Below the pieces are notes generated by a model. The model did no database searches and was not told the DNA's origin. It worked only from the letters and a program-made list of their open reading frames with translations. Shown here piece after piece: positions 38,601 to 50,998 of a stretch of DNA of 64,000 bases. The stretch is from Lytechinus pictus (taxonomy: Eukaryota): NCBI RefSeq assembly GCF_037042905.1, contig NC_087251.1, forward strand, positions 27,218,001 through 27,282,000, given 5' to 3'. How positions within the stretch are numbered: position 1 is the stretch's first letter; the number at the start of each line of letters is the position of its first letter. Made by a program: the position numbers and the translations under genes.

Positions 38601-39690
38601 TTGTTTAAACATCTTGTATCATGCGAAGTAATTCACACCCCTTCTTCTTCTTCTACTTAAGTTTAAGTGATAATTTTAAACTAAATAAGAAGCGTAGTAA
38701 TATTTTCAATAATAATTTTGGTGATTTAATGTTAGGGTTGCTTAAAACTAACGGTTTTCGAGCACAGCGTTTCAATAATTATATTAAGAAAGTACGTGCC
38801 TTCATTTGGCTACTAAAATCAAATTACTGCAAGTCAATGCATTTGATCAATAAAATACGCATTATGATAAAAGAGCCAGACGATGCCATAGACATTTATT
38901 GACATTAATGGGGCGCATTCGATATTTGCAATGGTTTCATTAATCATTATTCTTCGATAGATTAGACATTAAGAGGCCAGGTTATATGTTGAATATGATA
39001 TCGTGACTGTTACTGTTATTTTCATTATTATTATTATCATTGTTATTATCATTATTATCATGATTATACTTATTGGTAGTTTAATATTATTATCATTATC
39101 ATCGTTATCAGTAATAGTAGGCATATTCAAGTAGTAGTGTAGTAGTAGTATAGTAGTAGTAGTAGTAGTAACAGTAGTAGTAGTAGTAGTAACAGTAGTA
39201 GTAGTANNNNNNNNNNNNNNNNNNNNNNNNNNNNNNNNNNNNNNNNNNNNNNNNNNNNNNNNNNNNNNNNNNNNNNNNNNNNNNNNNNNNNNNNNNNNNN
39301 NNNNNNNNNNNNNNNNNNNNNNNNNNNNNNNNNNNNNNNNNNNNNNNNNNNNNNNNNNNNNNNNNNNNNNNNNNNNNNNNNNNNNNNNNNNNNNNNNNNN
39401 NNNGATCGATATTGCTTTGCATTCAAAGCACCAATTTATTTAATTTTGTTTTAATTACCCCCTTCCCCCTCTCTTACAAGGCAAATCTCTTCGACCGTGC
39501 TCGAGCGATGCTGATGATGGCTCGAGTGATGTTCACCGATCTCCTGGTCGTGAAGAACCTTGAGAAAGACGACGCAGAGGAGACAGACTACCTCAAACAT
39601 CTCCTGGATGAACTCAAAGTCGAAATTCAGCAGGAATTGGAGAAAAGAGAAGGATTGTCGACATCGGAATCGGACGAGAGTGATGATTGA
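35698..39690 (+). CDS. Uncharacterised protein, paralogue B (353 aa, 5 coding exons); putative PD-(D/E)XK-like fold
   Basis: Exons 35698-35937, 36254-36438, 36650-36958, 37581-37698 and 39481-39690 are GT-AG with phases 0,2,2,0 and total 1062 nt open. Exons 2+3 sum to 494 nt and exon 4 is 118 nt, identical to paralogue A exons 3 and 4. GCCATGG Kozak context; acceptor at 35659. Confidence 0.88.
38068..38200 (-). mobile_element. 3' fragment of an L2-related SINE/LINE
   Basis: The minus strand reads GTAAAGCACTTTGAG...GAAAGGCGCTATATGAAA followed by an (ATT)n tail, like the L2-type 3' stem-loop. Confidence 0.5.
39010..39206. repeat. (ATT/ATC)n then (TAG)n microsatellite abutting a gap
   Basis: Direct inspection. 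Confidence 0.9.
39207..39403. other. Assembly gap (N run) inside the last intron of paralogue B
   Basis: Run of N. Confidence 0.99.
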
Positions 39691-41133
39691 AGACATTGAC
39701 GATTTCGATCATGATCATGAAGAATACTGAAGAGTCACAATGGACATTATATAACAAAGAGGGGCAGGCGTTTGGGTATGTGTGTGAAAGATAGTGAGAG
39801 AGATAAGAAGAAGGATTTAAGATAAGGTGAAAAACTATGTAGACAGACAGAGGGAAGAAGATTTATATGGCGCTTGTTTATATTATTAATGCCATATTTT
39901 GTACAATCAATAAAGTCAGAATAAACAGTAGATGGAATTTTCTTTCAAGTAGAAATAGGTAAAGAGGGGCAGAGTGAGAGAGTGAGAGAAAAAAAAGTGA
40001 GACGAGAACATGGGGAAGAGAGAGAGGGGGGGGGGGGAGAGAGAGAGAGAGAAAGAGAGGGGGAAATGGGGGAGGGGATCAGAGGTAGGGAAAGAAGATG
40101 GATAGATGGGATTAAAACTGAATATGGTAAGAGAATAGGGAAGTGAGATGTTATTGTCGTTGAGTATTGTTGACATTAATATTGTTTATATATTTTGTAT
40201 TATTGAATAAACTGCAAGTGCAATATTCTTGCAAAAAATAGTACGAGATGTTAAATGTCAACGACTCTTCCTTCATAAAATAGGTATTCATTTCGTAAGT
40301 AACGAGATTCATTGGCAGTTGCACTTGGACTCGACCAATTTTTACCGAGTTTCATTCATTCATTCATTCACTTGTATGTTTATTCATCACTTATTTATCT
40401 ATCTATATAGCCTATTCAGTGCAAACTGCTTTACAAATCTTAAAGTCATCCAACTATGCTAACTTTATCATTGACGTAATAACTATGGAAGTCTGGATTG
40501 TGATTGGCTGCTGAGCCCTGTTACCATGGCAGTTTTCATGATATAAAAAATGCCATAGATGTAGCTCTTCATTAAAAGGGAACAAGTTGTTAGAATAAAA
40601 CTTTTTTGAATGAAACTCACTGAAAGATCTTGCACATGTATTGTTCGTCATTTATGTTTATTAATAAATACAAATTAATAAAAATCAAATGCAAAAAATA
40701 AGAAACGAAATGATTCATTTAAACATTAAATTCAAATTATACTCTCAGATCTAACTCTGCCAGAAGTCTAAATATTTCATTCGTATCAGTATTTTACGAA
40801 AAAACTAAGATATTCCATCATTTCAAATTACAAATTACCATATAAACCATAAAACGATCACTGTACCGTATACGAAATTCGAAAAATATATTTAAAAGAT
40901 ATTTTATACGAAATTATAAAATTAGTAAGTTGTTGTTAGCATACATGACACATAGTTGATCATTGTCATGGATTTCCATAGACAGGAAATCAAAATGATT
41001 ATACAAAAACTATTTATAATGATGGAAGAAAAATAATGATCCAGCTCGGTTACTCCATCCAAAATGTCCCCTCTCACATGTACATCTACACCTGCATCTT
41101 GACGAAACTAGTAAAGGGGAATTTATCCTCCTG

Positions 41134-41290
41134 GGGCCCGTTTCATAAAGGACTTACAACTGTTGTAACTTTGCCATAATGGCAACTACCATGGTAACAG
41201 GGCTCAGCAGCCAATCATGATCAAGGTTTCAATGGTAGTTGCCATAATGGTAAAGTTACAACAGTTGAAAGTCCTTTATGAAACGGGCCC
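41134..41290. mobile_element. Harbinger-type MITE with CTG TSD
   Basis: CTG|GGGCCCGTTTCATAAAGGACTT.CAACTGTTGTAACTTT ... AAAGTTACAACAGTTG.AAGTCCTTTATGAAACGGGCCC|CTG. Related degenerate copies at ~38320-38455, ~40430-40570, ~53905-54060 and ~61280-61480. Confidence 0.87.
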
Positions 41291-42433
41291 CTGTACTCTC
41301 AGAATGACCAACCTATCAAATTGATTAATATACGAACCTACCAATTATGGTTAAGAGAAGCCCCATTAATAACCAGCAGTTTGTAGGTTCGTATTATCAT
41401 GTTAACCAACCTATTGTTTTCCTCCTGAGAGTCACATAATAAAGTTTAAATGTTCATTGTCTTCCAAATTTATCAGAAAATGAACAAAATGTCATAGAGT
41501 TTGTGGGATTTCGGGGGCATTTCTTGAAAGATTTTTCCTGGAATCTTTTAACACAATATTACAGCAAGAATAAAAAAAGTAAAACATAGTCACAATGACT
41601 GACCTCATTAAATCAAAATAGCTTAAAAATAAATTGAAAATTAATTATAAGAAAAGGGACCAAGTTTGATCTGTTTTACTATACAAGACCAATAATAAAA
41701 ATAAATAGAAATATGACTGAAAATTACTTATATGAGATACAAATTAACTCGTAAATAGCGAAAGCATGCTAATCGTATTACATGCGTGACATGGTAGAGG
41801 TATGAGAATCAAATGTGATAAGCCACTGAAATGTTTAATTCTGATTGGCTGAGAGAAAGACGTGAGGAAAATGGCGAATGAAACACTTTATGAAACAGTT
41901 CCCGGCATAATAATTCAGGGTTGAACGACGACACTTAAATTCTTTTTGGTGTTTGTATACTACACAATAAAGGCATGACAGATATTCGTATTGAAAATAT
42001 AATTTCATAACTTTTTTTATAAACATCTCCATACTCTCTTATATTATTTTTAAGTATTAAACTTTCTATACAATATGCAGATTGATTAAAATTTCCCATT
42101 TTGTAAATGGGTATTCCAGTCAAGATTACATTCATGGGGATGGGGTGAACTTCATGTGGTTAAAGAGACTCGGTGTCATTCTTGTTTCCAGTTGACATAT
42201 TGCAATAATTGTTGTTAACCCGCTACTTGCAGTTTTTGACATTATCACCTCTGTATAAAATCAAGCAAGCAAAAATACGAACTTCATGCGACTGGTTCAA
42301 CAATAATTGCAGTGAGTTCGTGGTAAGTCAGTAATCTTTCGTTACTCTTGAACGGACGTGTCGATTCCTTGTGCTTCTGCTGACAACTTTAACATTTCAG
42401 GAAACCGACATGATTGATCTTACCGGTTACCCA

Positions 42434-45097
42434 TCAACCGAAGAGTTTCCATGGAGTCCAGTTGCCGATCGTTTCAAAATGTGGATTAACGTCCATTTCA
42501 CTAGGAGCTGTCCTGCAATCCTTGTACCAGGTTGAATTCCCGATGAGTTTGATCTCACTTTCTGGTCTCGGGTAAATATGAGGCAGCGTCCTACATAGAG
42601 ATTCAGGACGATACGGGAAGGGTGTGATGACTTCCCCATGCCGACGCCATTCATGGTACTGTCTGTACAGAGTATCGTTATTATCCACCTTCTTCAGATG
42701 ATCCGCCACTGCCTTTATGCTCTTGAAGTCGCCGAAATGGACGAAAGAATTAGGGGGTGCGACCGGCTCATAGTCCTCCTTGACTGTCCCTAAGACCAGT
42801 GGAACAGTGCCGTATTTCAGAGATATCATCCAGAACTTTTCGGTGATGTAGTCTCGGCATTCTGAATTTGGAATGGAGAGGTAGAATTTGTAGCTCGCGA
42901 AGAGTTCGTTGCAGTGGGTCGATCTTCGTGGAAGACACTCCTTGTGCCCACATGCTCCGTAGTCGTCAAGGGAAATTTCTTGACGTAGCTTGTCAATGAA
43001 CTGCATCCGAGGCCAGAAGACATCTTGACAGTTGGTAGCAACCCAAGACAGGATTCCTGTCCGGTTAGTGTAGAAGTCGTCACGTAAAAACCGAGTGTCA
43101 GTTGGGCCATCCTTTGGTTTCGAAAATGGCCGATAGTAGCCGAATGGGACGTAGACGTCAGAGGCCCTGTTATATGTCATGAGCACATGGTATTTAAAAA
43201 GAGCCAGGTCATCGCTTCCCGCCCATTTCTTTACTCTGTACGGAGTTTCAGTACTGTAAAAGATCCAGGTCTGGCCCGGCTCTGGCTTATGCTTCAAGAC
43301 ATTATGCAGAAGATTCTTGGTGATCCAGATCGTCGAGACCATGCCGAAGATTACGGCGTCCTTCCCAACCAGATCTTCGCGTGCTGCTCCAAGAGACAGC
43401 TTGATGTCGCATTTATACCCCGGGGAGGAACAATTCACGTCCGACTCGTATCCATCTAGTTTGCTGGTTTCTAGAAGAGCCTTGAAATGATTCAACTCGG
43501 GAATCCATGCCATGCGTATCATACTACCGAAGATGAGAACCTTCTTTACGCACCTCGGTGTTTGATCTGCTGTCACCTTCTGCCCATCCGAGGTCCGACG
43601 TCCTGAAACGACAACATCGCTTGAAAGATCGCGAGGTGAGCGACCATGTCGTTCTTCCAAGTGCGGATCACCTCCTTCGGCTTGGATAATCCGCAGGGCT
43701 CTGGTTTGCGAGGAGTATTCGAAGGATGGAAGCGTCTCCACTAATCCGTTGAGTATTCCCACGCTCAGTAAACCAGCCAAGAAGAAGAAGACTGTTTTTA
43801 TCACCTGATCAAAGGAAATGGGATAGGAGCGTTATAAAGATACATAATTGATATTTACAATTGAATGTATTTTTTTGCACGTTTAATAATAGGCCAACAT
43901 AACTATGAATGTTCCATTTTGACGGGACCTAGGACAAAGAAACAAAAATATATCTGGTTATTGACGACAACCTGCAAAAGGTAGGTTGTCCAATGCGATG
44001 TGGTTCCCACTCCCCCTCCGATTTTCGGGTTCAGATTCAGGAATCCTAAAACCGCGCCGACATTCTCAATCTATATCTAGTCTTGAGGACTCCATGATGA
44101 TGTTTTTAAAATATTTTGACATATACTTCTTCAGTATACTGTATGCATATATAGTATATGTCAAAATATTAAAAAAAAACATCATCATGGAGTCCTCAAG
44201 ACTAATCTAACCCGTGAAAGATAGATTAAATGGTATATGGGATCCAGCTATAATCATAAATCAAACATTGATATTCTGTTGATATTCTTCAGGAGTGGAT
44301 GAGAAGAAATATCACACGTGGTCCTATAATTTTCATTTTATGATAACGGGTGACGTGGGGAAAATGAACGGTAGGTTTTAAGAACCCTGCCTTTGAAAAA
44401 CTATACCAAGGTCATTGAAAAATCCAGTCATTTTGTGACTGAATTTCGTGCAAAATTTATTTACTTTTCATACTGTACAATTTTTGGAGAAGCTGCCAGA
44501 CACTCCCTTTTATCAACTTTCACTGATCAACACACATCAACAGAAAATACGTTCCCCTTAAATACATTCTAATGAACGTCGACCATTTTTCCTCCTGATT
44601 TTTCACCAATCGAAATTTGAAAATAGATTTTCAGAAACAGATTCGGAAGCTTCAGTTATCTTTGTTTCAACGATGTAAAAGAAATATAACATTTACAAGA
44701 AAAATTACATAACATCCACCACTTTTTTTCTTGAATACCACAAATAGGATTTTATTTCTTTAATGAGTATCAAGTAAACCTGTGTAGAGAGTGATCCTTG
44801 CCGGATGAAGTAAGTACTGATTTGGATTCGAAACTTGACTAATATGATTAACACCCGTCTTACAATCTCACATAAGATAGGATTATAACTTAAGCTGATG
44901 GTAATTGAATAAATGATTGAGAATAAGATTTCGTACCCAAAGATATGTTAGAAGAGCTTTATGAAATACCACCTTGGAAATAAGACATGTATTTGTCTCC
45001 GTTATGCAGGGCATAAATTTCTTAATAGTTTCCAATCAACTGTTTGTCGATAAAGATCAATATCAGGGCTTACCTTCGAATTCTTTCTGGAGACCAT
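42434..45097 (-). CDS. Alpha-(1,3)-fucosyltransferase (glycosyltransferase family 10), type II membrane protein, 464 aa
   Basis: Exon 45097-45074 (MVSRKNSK, GTAAGC donor) splices in phase 0 to 43804-42434. It has an N-terminal TM segment (VFFFLAGLLSVGIL) and the GT10 motifs WIFYSTETP, MTYNRASDVYVPFG, WVATNC..WPR, DYGACG, YKFYLSIPNSECRDYITEKFW, VPLVLG and APPNSFVH. Confidence 0.93.
44078..44204. mobile_element. 127-bp palindromic MITE with TAG...CTA termini (Academ-like) in the fucosyltransferase intron
   Basis: TAGTCTTGAGGACTCCATGATGATGTTTTT..AATATTTTGACATATACT is mirrored. Flanks ATCTATATC / ATCTAACCC may be a decayed 9-bp TSD. Confidence 0.7.
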
Positions 45098-46312
45098 TTT
45101 AGACGCCTTGATCACCCTTCGAATCCAGAAGTGCATCTGTGCTGGTGAATTATCTTATTCTAGAGATCTAACAGTTCATCGTGGACACTACGTGGGCACT
45201 ACGAAATCACCACTCTTATGCGAGAGAAGCTATGAAGACAAATAGCAGATGGGATAGCTTGCTTCGGCGAAAGAAACGGCGCGCCAAAGAGTGCAAGGTT
45301 TCCAATCAACAGGTCATGACATCATTTCGATCCCATTCTTTGCATAATCCGGGAAAGCTACCTAATGTTCAATTTACGCATTCCAGAAAGAGGGCTTTCT
45401 ATTGTCATCTGAATTTGGATTCATTTGTAGTTGCTATGTCGGTCAAAAGCCCTAAACGCAGTGAACCTGGCAGTGACAGGGCACAGTTGATCAAACTTTT
45501 CAGTGTACTGAGTGTCGAATCGCCAACCTTTGTTATCTATGTTAATCCGAGAGGCCATTGATTGTGATGTCATTCATTTGATCGGATCCCATGGGATATT
45601 TTGGGACTGAGTTGACAATTGCCGATTGTAAGGTAATTCATTCCTCTATATTTAACATAGGGCAAGGACGGTGTATCTTGGTAAAGGTATGCGGATGAGG
45701 ATAAAATGTTAACTTTTGTATCAATTAAGTAAAGGGAGTTCTCGAGTTCTGTCTTTGCAAACAATTATTTTTCTTTCCTTTCTTCACTTTCCCATCTTTC
45801 ACCCTTATGGGAGACCGCAACCACTGTTTTCACTTCGAACTATCACAATAGCCCCTTGTAAAGCATAGTTTAATCACAAGAAATAAGGAGTCATTAGGTT
45901 TCGATTGGAATGGTGGAAATTCGGTCCGGGTAATGAGTGCTGTATGAAGCAATTTAATGAGTTAAATTCAGGGTACCCTATCACTTTAAGTGCAATTTCT
46001 CAAAAAGGTTCGGTAACTTTTAAACGCGGATAAACTATACTAATACCTTTGTGGCAGTTTAGGCCTATGTCTTTTTCGACCGATATATTGGTTTGGTATG
46101 AAATGCGATATTCATTACCTCATAAAACTTTAAATTTGCTTTGATGACCCATGCTTATTAAATTGCAAGTGAGCGAAGCGAGGGAGGAAATTTTCAGTAG
46201 ATTGTATATTGTTGGTGTCAAAAGAAACATTGTAGATATGACAAACGGAAAAGGCTACTTCTAACTTTAAGTAATATGATAAATATAAACTACACAATTT
46301 ACAGTTTTTAAC

Positions 46313-47790
46313 TTGGAGGTAAGGTATAGATGGTGGAGGCAGAGAGGACTGGGAGGTGGAAGAAGAATAAGAGCATATATTGAGGCGATGAAGAACAATG
46401 TAAACGCAGAGATGGTGAAAAGGAGAGGAGGTAGAGGGAGAGGTTACGATGAAGGCAGAAGATGAGAAGAAGCCGACGGCAGATGAAAGAGTGAAGGCAG
46501 AAGCGAAGGGGGAAGCAGAAGAGGAAAACTGACGACTGAGGACGGGGGGTGAGAACAGATGAATATGATATCAAGCTGTAGAGAGAAGTTGAAAGCAGGG
46601 GAGATTAATGTTAAGGAGCCGTTGAGGAAAAATGATGAGATGGTGGAGGCAGGGGAGAAGAAAGAAAATGGTACGTTGGAGGCACATGAGAGGATTGAAG
46701 CAGAAAGGGAGAAGGCACAGCAGACAAGAAGTGGAGGCAGAGGTTAAGCTGGTGGAAACAGATAATATTGTGGAAGCGAGGTGGAAGCAGCTAGAAGGGA
46801 GTGGAAGGAGAGTAACAGATGGTGGAAGCAGAGGAGGCAGAAGATGATGAGTTGGAAACAGAGGAGCAGATATTGGAGTCAGATTTATGATAAGATGGAG
46901 GCAGGATTGGAGGGACGGAAGGCAGAGGAGAAGCTGAAGACACATGAGAAGGTGGAAGCAGAAGAGATGGGGGAAGCAGAATAGATGGAGATATCGGAGA
47001 CAGGGTAAATGAAGAAGGGATGAGGCTTAGGAGGAAGTAGAAGATGATCGGGTGGAGGCTGAGGAGATTGTGGATGCAGAGGAGGAAACGGGACAAAAGG
47101 GGGTCAGAGAAGGTGGATGCAGAAGTTGAGATGATGGAAGCAGAGGGGGTTGGGACTTGGGAAGGCGGGGAGTTTGCAGAGAAGTTGAATGCAGAAAGGG
47201 AAGAATGCGAATGCACAGGAGGAAGATGAAATATATCAGGAAGTTGTGAATAGAAAATGACTTAAAAGTGGTGGAAAATACTTAACCGTTTGGGGCAGAG
47301 GAGACGCAAGAGATGCTTTGAAGGAATTAAATTAATCAATTAAATTTTGAATGATTGTAAATAAACTGTTTACTAACTAAACATAATCTTCAAACATGTT
47401 TTGAAAAGTACTTTGCTTTATTCAATTAAAAGCTGAAAGCTAAAAGGAAGGGATGGAGCTGGGAAGCCCCAAAAGGTATTACAAAAAAGTAGAAGAGATG
47501 CGTGTAGAAAGAGAGGGAGAAAATGGAAGGTGTAAGTAAACAGAGAGGGCAAATAGAGGAGTGGGGAAGGGGGAGGGAGAAGGATAGGAGAGGGGGTAGA
47601 AATAGAAGATCGAGAGTGAGAGGAAGGAAGAGACAATGAGAGGGAGTGATAGGGGAGAGAGGAGTGAGGGAAGGGAATGTAACAAGAAGCAGAGATAGAA
47701 ATAGAAGAGTCCAGAGAGAAGTGTAGTGAAGGGGAGGGGGCAAGAAAAAGGGAGAATAAGAGTGAAGAGAGGGAGAGAAAAGCAAGAGAA
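46313..47790. repeat. Purine-rich degenerate minisatellite and low-complexity tracts
   Basis: Recurrent GTGGA(G/A)GCAGA(G/A) units at 46313-47230 and a GA-rich tract at 47440-47790, with stops in all frames. Confidence 0.75.
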
Positions 47791-49026
47791 TTACAACCCC
47801 CACCCCATGCAGCTACTGTAGTGAAAAATTATCTTACCAAATCATTGGGAATTTGCATTGGGTTGGGGAGGGGGATGACCTTTTGGCCCAAATTTGTACA
47901 CAATTAGTATGGCAACCCTGTTCTCTTGTGCCCCTGCCCCTTATCATGATTAATCTTTTTGCAATTTGCAACAGAAAACAAGATTTAAACTAGGACAAAG
48001 GCTGGTAGACAATGAAACAAGAAAACAAAACAAACAAGTTTGGTTTAACACTTTTTTACACTTTAATATATGCACTAGCCTGAATGCTCTTCAACAAAAT
48101 AAATCAAGGTATACTGTATAAAAATAATGATTTTGATCTGTGTCACACTCCTACATGGGTATATAATTTTCCAACTGTTCTCTTTCTTCTGAACAGTAGA
48201 CAACAATGATATTCACTTTAATACTGAGGAAATATACCTTATTTACACAACTTTTTCCTCTACCAAATAACTTTCATGTGTACAGGCTTATCACAAAAAT
48301 AGTTCAAATGATGTTGCGCTGGTGCAATGCTCCTAAATAATGTTAAAATATTAACACTAGAAACTTGTCATCACAACCAATTCTTATCACAGATACTACA
48401 TCAGAAATGTTATTTTTAGCTCTCTTTCTACTCCTATTTCAAATTAACTTCAGAGGTATAGAGTATTGGACTGTTCATGCTAATTTGCAAGATGCAATTC
48501 TAAGAAACTGCAGTAAAGAATATCTTACAAAAATATAAAAACAAAAACATGTTGAAAAGAAAATAGGTATAAAAGTAGAGTTGCCTTTATACACAAAGCA
48601 TGAATACATCTTTACTAAGTGGCAAAAGCAAATTAAAATAGTACAAATCTGCAAAAGTGCTTTTGTTATCCCGCCAATTTCTCAGAAGGGGATCAGAGAT
48701 TCATATTGTACTACCAATAATTGGCTGTGTCTTCTCATTTTTAATCAAATTTATAATAAAACAAAACTTACTCGTCAAAATCAAATATATGATTGTGCTG
48801 CATTAGTTCTCTTTTAATATAAGAGTGTCAATATCTCTGCAAATTTTGCATCAATTACACATCCAACAGTGAAGACTGTCTTGATCATGTAAAGGCTTGA
48901 TTATCTCTTTGTGCACAATGAATAATGTACACATTCTGCTTTTTCTTTTTTTAAAGCAATAAAGATCTCAAGATTTCATATATGAAATATCTCATATTCT
49001 ACATGAATGATTATATCCATCCTTAA

Positions 49027-49372
49027 CCCTAATAGGACTGGGGGGGGGGGGGCATGATGGCCCCCCCTCGACGCTTCGCGCGATATTTCAAAAACACAAA
49101 AAAGATAGCGCCGCAAAATTTTATGACTTTTTTCTTTGAAGACTCGCGCAACTTTTCAGACCAAATTAGCGACATACGGGTATACCATCGCGACGTCACA
49201 TGACTTTCTACGAGGCAATGTCATGCCGAAAATGGCTCATTTTTATACTTGTGTCCAAAGTCTGGGGGAAAAGAAATTTATAAAAGGGCGATTATTTTTT
49301 CGTTCTAATTGGTCATCAGGGCCCCCCCCCCATAGTCCTCAATATATCTTAAATAGCCCAGTCCTTTTAAGG
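49027..49372. mobile_element. piggyBac-type MITE
   Basis: TTAA|CCCTAATAGGACTGGG ... CCCAGTCCTTTTAAGG|TTAA. Confidence 0.8.
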
Positions 49373-50539
49373 TTAAAGGGGTATCTCTAAAAATCTGAAA
49401 CAAGCATGTGGATCCACTAATGTAACTTTACAACAGTTATTTTCTGTTCCTTACACAATCACTGGGTCAGCAAATTATCCAACAATCACAAAAGCTGAAG
49501 ATAAAATATCTTTACTCCACAACCAGTTAGTTGTCTCCAGTGATGTATATTTATTAGAGTTATTTTCAGTTCGTTTTAAAACTCTGGACTCGGCAAACAA
49601 TAATCCTTTTCCCATACAAGCTGTCAATATTATATTTATTTTTCTTTGTGATAATGCATGTATGGTGTTAGTATTGGTAATTGAGTGTAGGAAGGATGGA
49701 TCTGCATTGTGCTCCCAATTGTCACTAGGTTCAGATAAATCAAAAAAGTTGAGTGTTTTGGTAGGTGTTTATTTCATTCTAATATCAACACTCGCATTGG
49801 ACACTGTAGTTAAATTCAACCCCAAACTCTGAAGGTTTGTATTTTCTGTACTCCACAATAGTCAATGTCATAATATCACATTTGATAAATAGGACAGATA
49901 ATACATAACTTCATAAAGAAGTTTTACAAGTTCATGAAATATGCATTTGTGCAAGATTACTTTACCGGAATATACACACATGAGGCTCCCTTAAAAAAAT
50001 TGTTTATTGTGAATGCATGCATACAGCTTGACATCACAAAGCTGTGAGCAAAGGAATCGGTAGCTTTGCTTATATAATATAGGAGCAATTTGACCGCCTA
50101 TATTTTTGTCACTGAACTTCTATTTCTGTTAAAAATGGTAATAATCAGAAAAAAAGTGGGTGTTTCGCACTCAGTTCAAGTGCACATTGATTTTCATCAA
50201 ATTTGAGTAGCCCCATCCCCACTATTTCCCAATGCAATTTAAAAAGCATCGTTTTCATTCAAATTTGAATCAAACTGCGGTTTGTCATACTTTACTTAAA
50301 AAAATGAAATTCTAAGACAACTCGACTAACGTACACTGAAAGTGTGATTACATTTCATTAAACCACACCAAATCTTCATACTTGTAAATGGTACACTGAC
50401 CATTACCAACAGTTAATGCTGCTTTTCTGCTGGTATATACAATAGCTTGAGGAATCTTTTAAGACGAACCTCATACATTATATTCTTTATCACTTTTTTT
50501 GGATACTAGCATGCCAGATACTGGTGCAATTGACTCCAG

Positions 50540-50696
50540 GGGTGCGTTTCATCAATATTTTCATCCGACAAGTTGTCAGATCTGACATCTTTCCATGATT
50601 TTGATTGGCTGAGAGGCACTGTTCCTATGGTAACTGTCGGATAAAATGGGACTTGTCGGATAAAACGTCCGACGATTCCTTTCATGAAACGCCCCC
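50540..50696. mobile_element. Harbinger-type MITE with CAG TSD
   Basis: CAG|GGGTGCGTTTCATC ... TCATGAAACGCCCCC|CAG, with internal ATCCGACAAGT/ACTTGTCGGAT symmetry. Confidence 0.78.
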
Positions 50697-50998
50697 CAGA
50701 AGTATGGTATCCTATCAAGGTACACCAGATAAGCAATATGAATGGCCAGCGGATATTGGTTGCTATGCTACACATCAGAATGAAGAGCCTTTGAAGAATG
50801 ACTGTGATCTAATTCACTTGTTGGAACAAAGATTCAGTTGTCTTATGACTTCATTTTGCAACGATGACTTTCAAATGACAACTCTCGGTAATACCTGACT
50901 TTCACTTGACCAATCTTGGAATCTAAAATTGCTAAATGACGTCCCATTAGTGTCCTCAGGAATCAATGTCTATCAAATGACTTTTCTCTATAATAAAT

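Noticed and set aside
46308-47803. Multiple short overlapping ORFs
   Set aside because: Low-complexity purine repeat with no continuous frame or splice structure.
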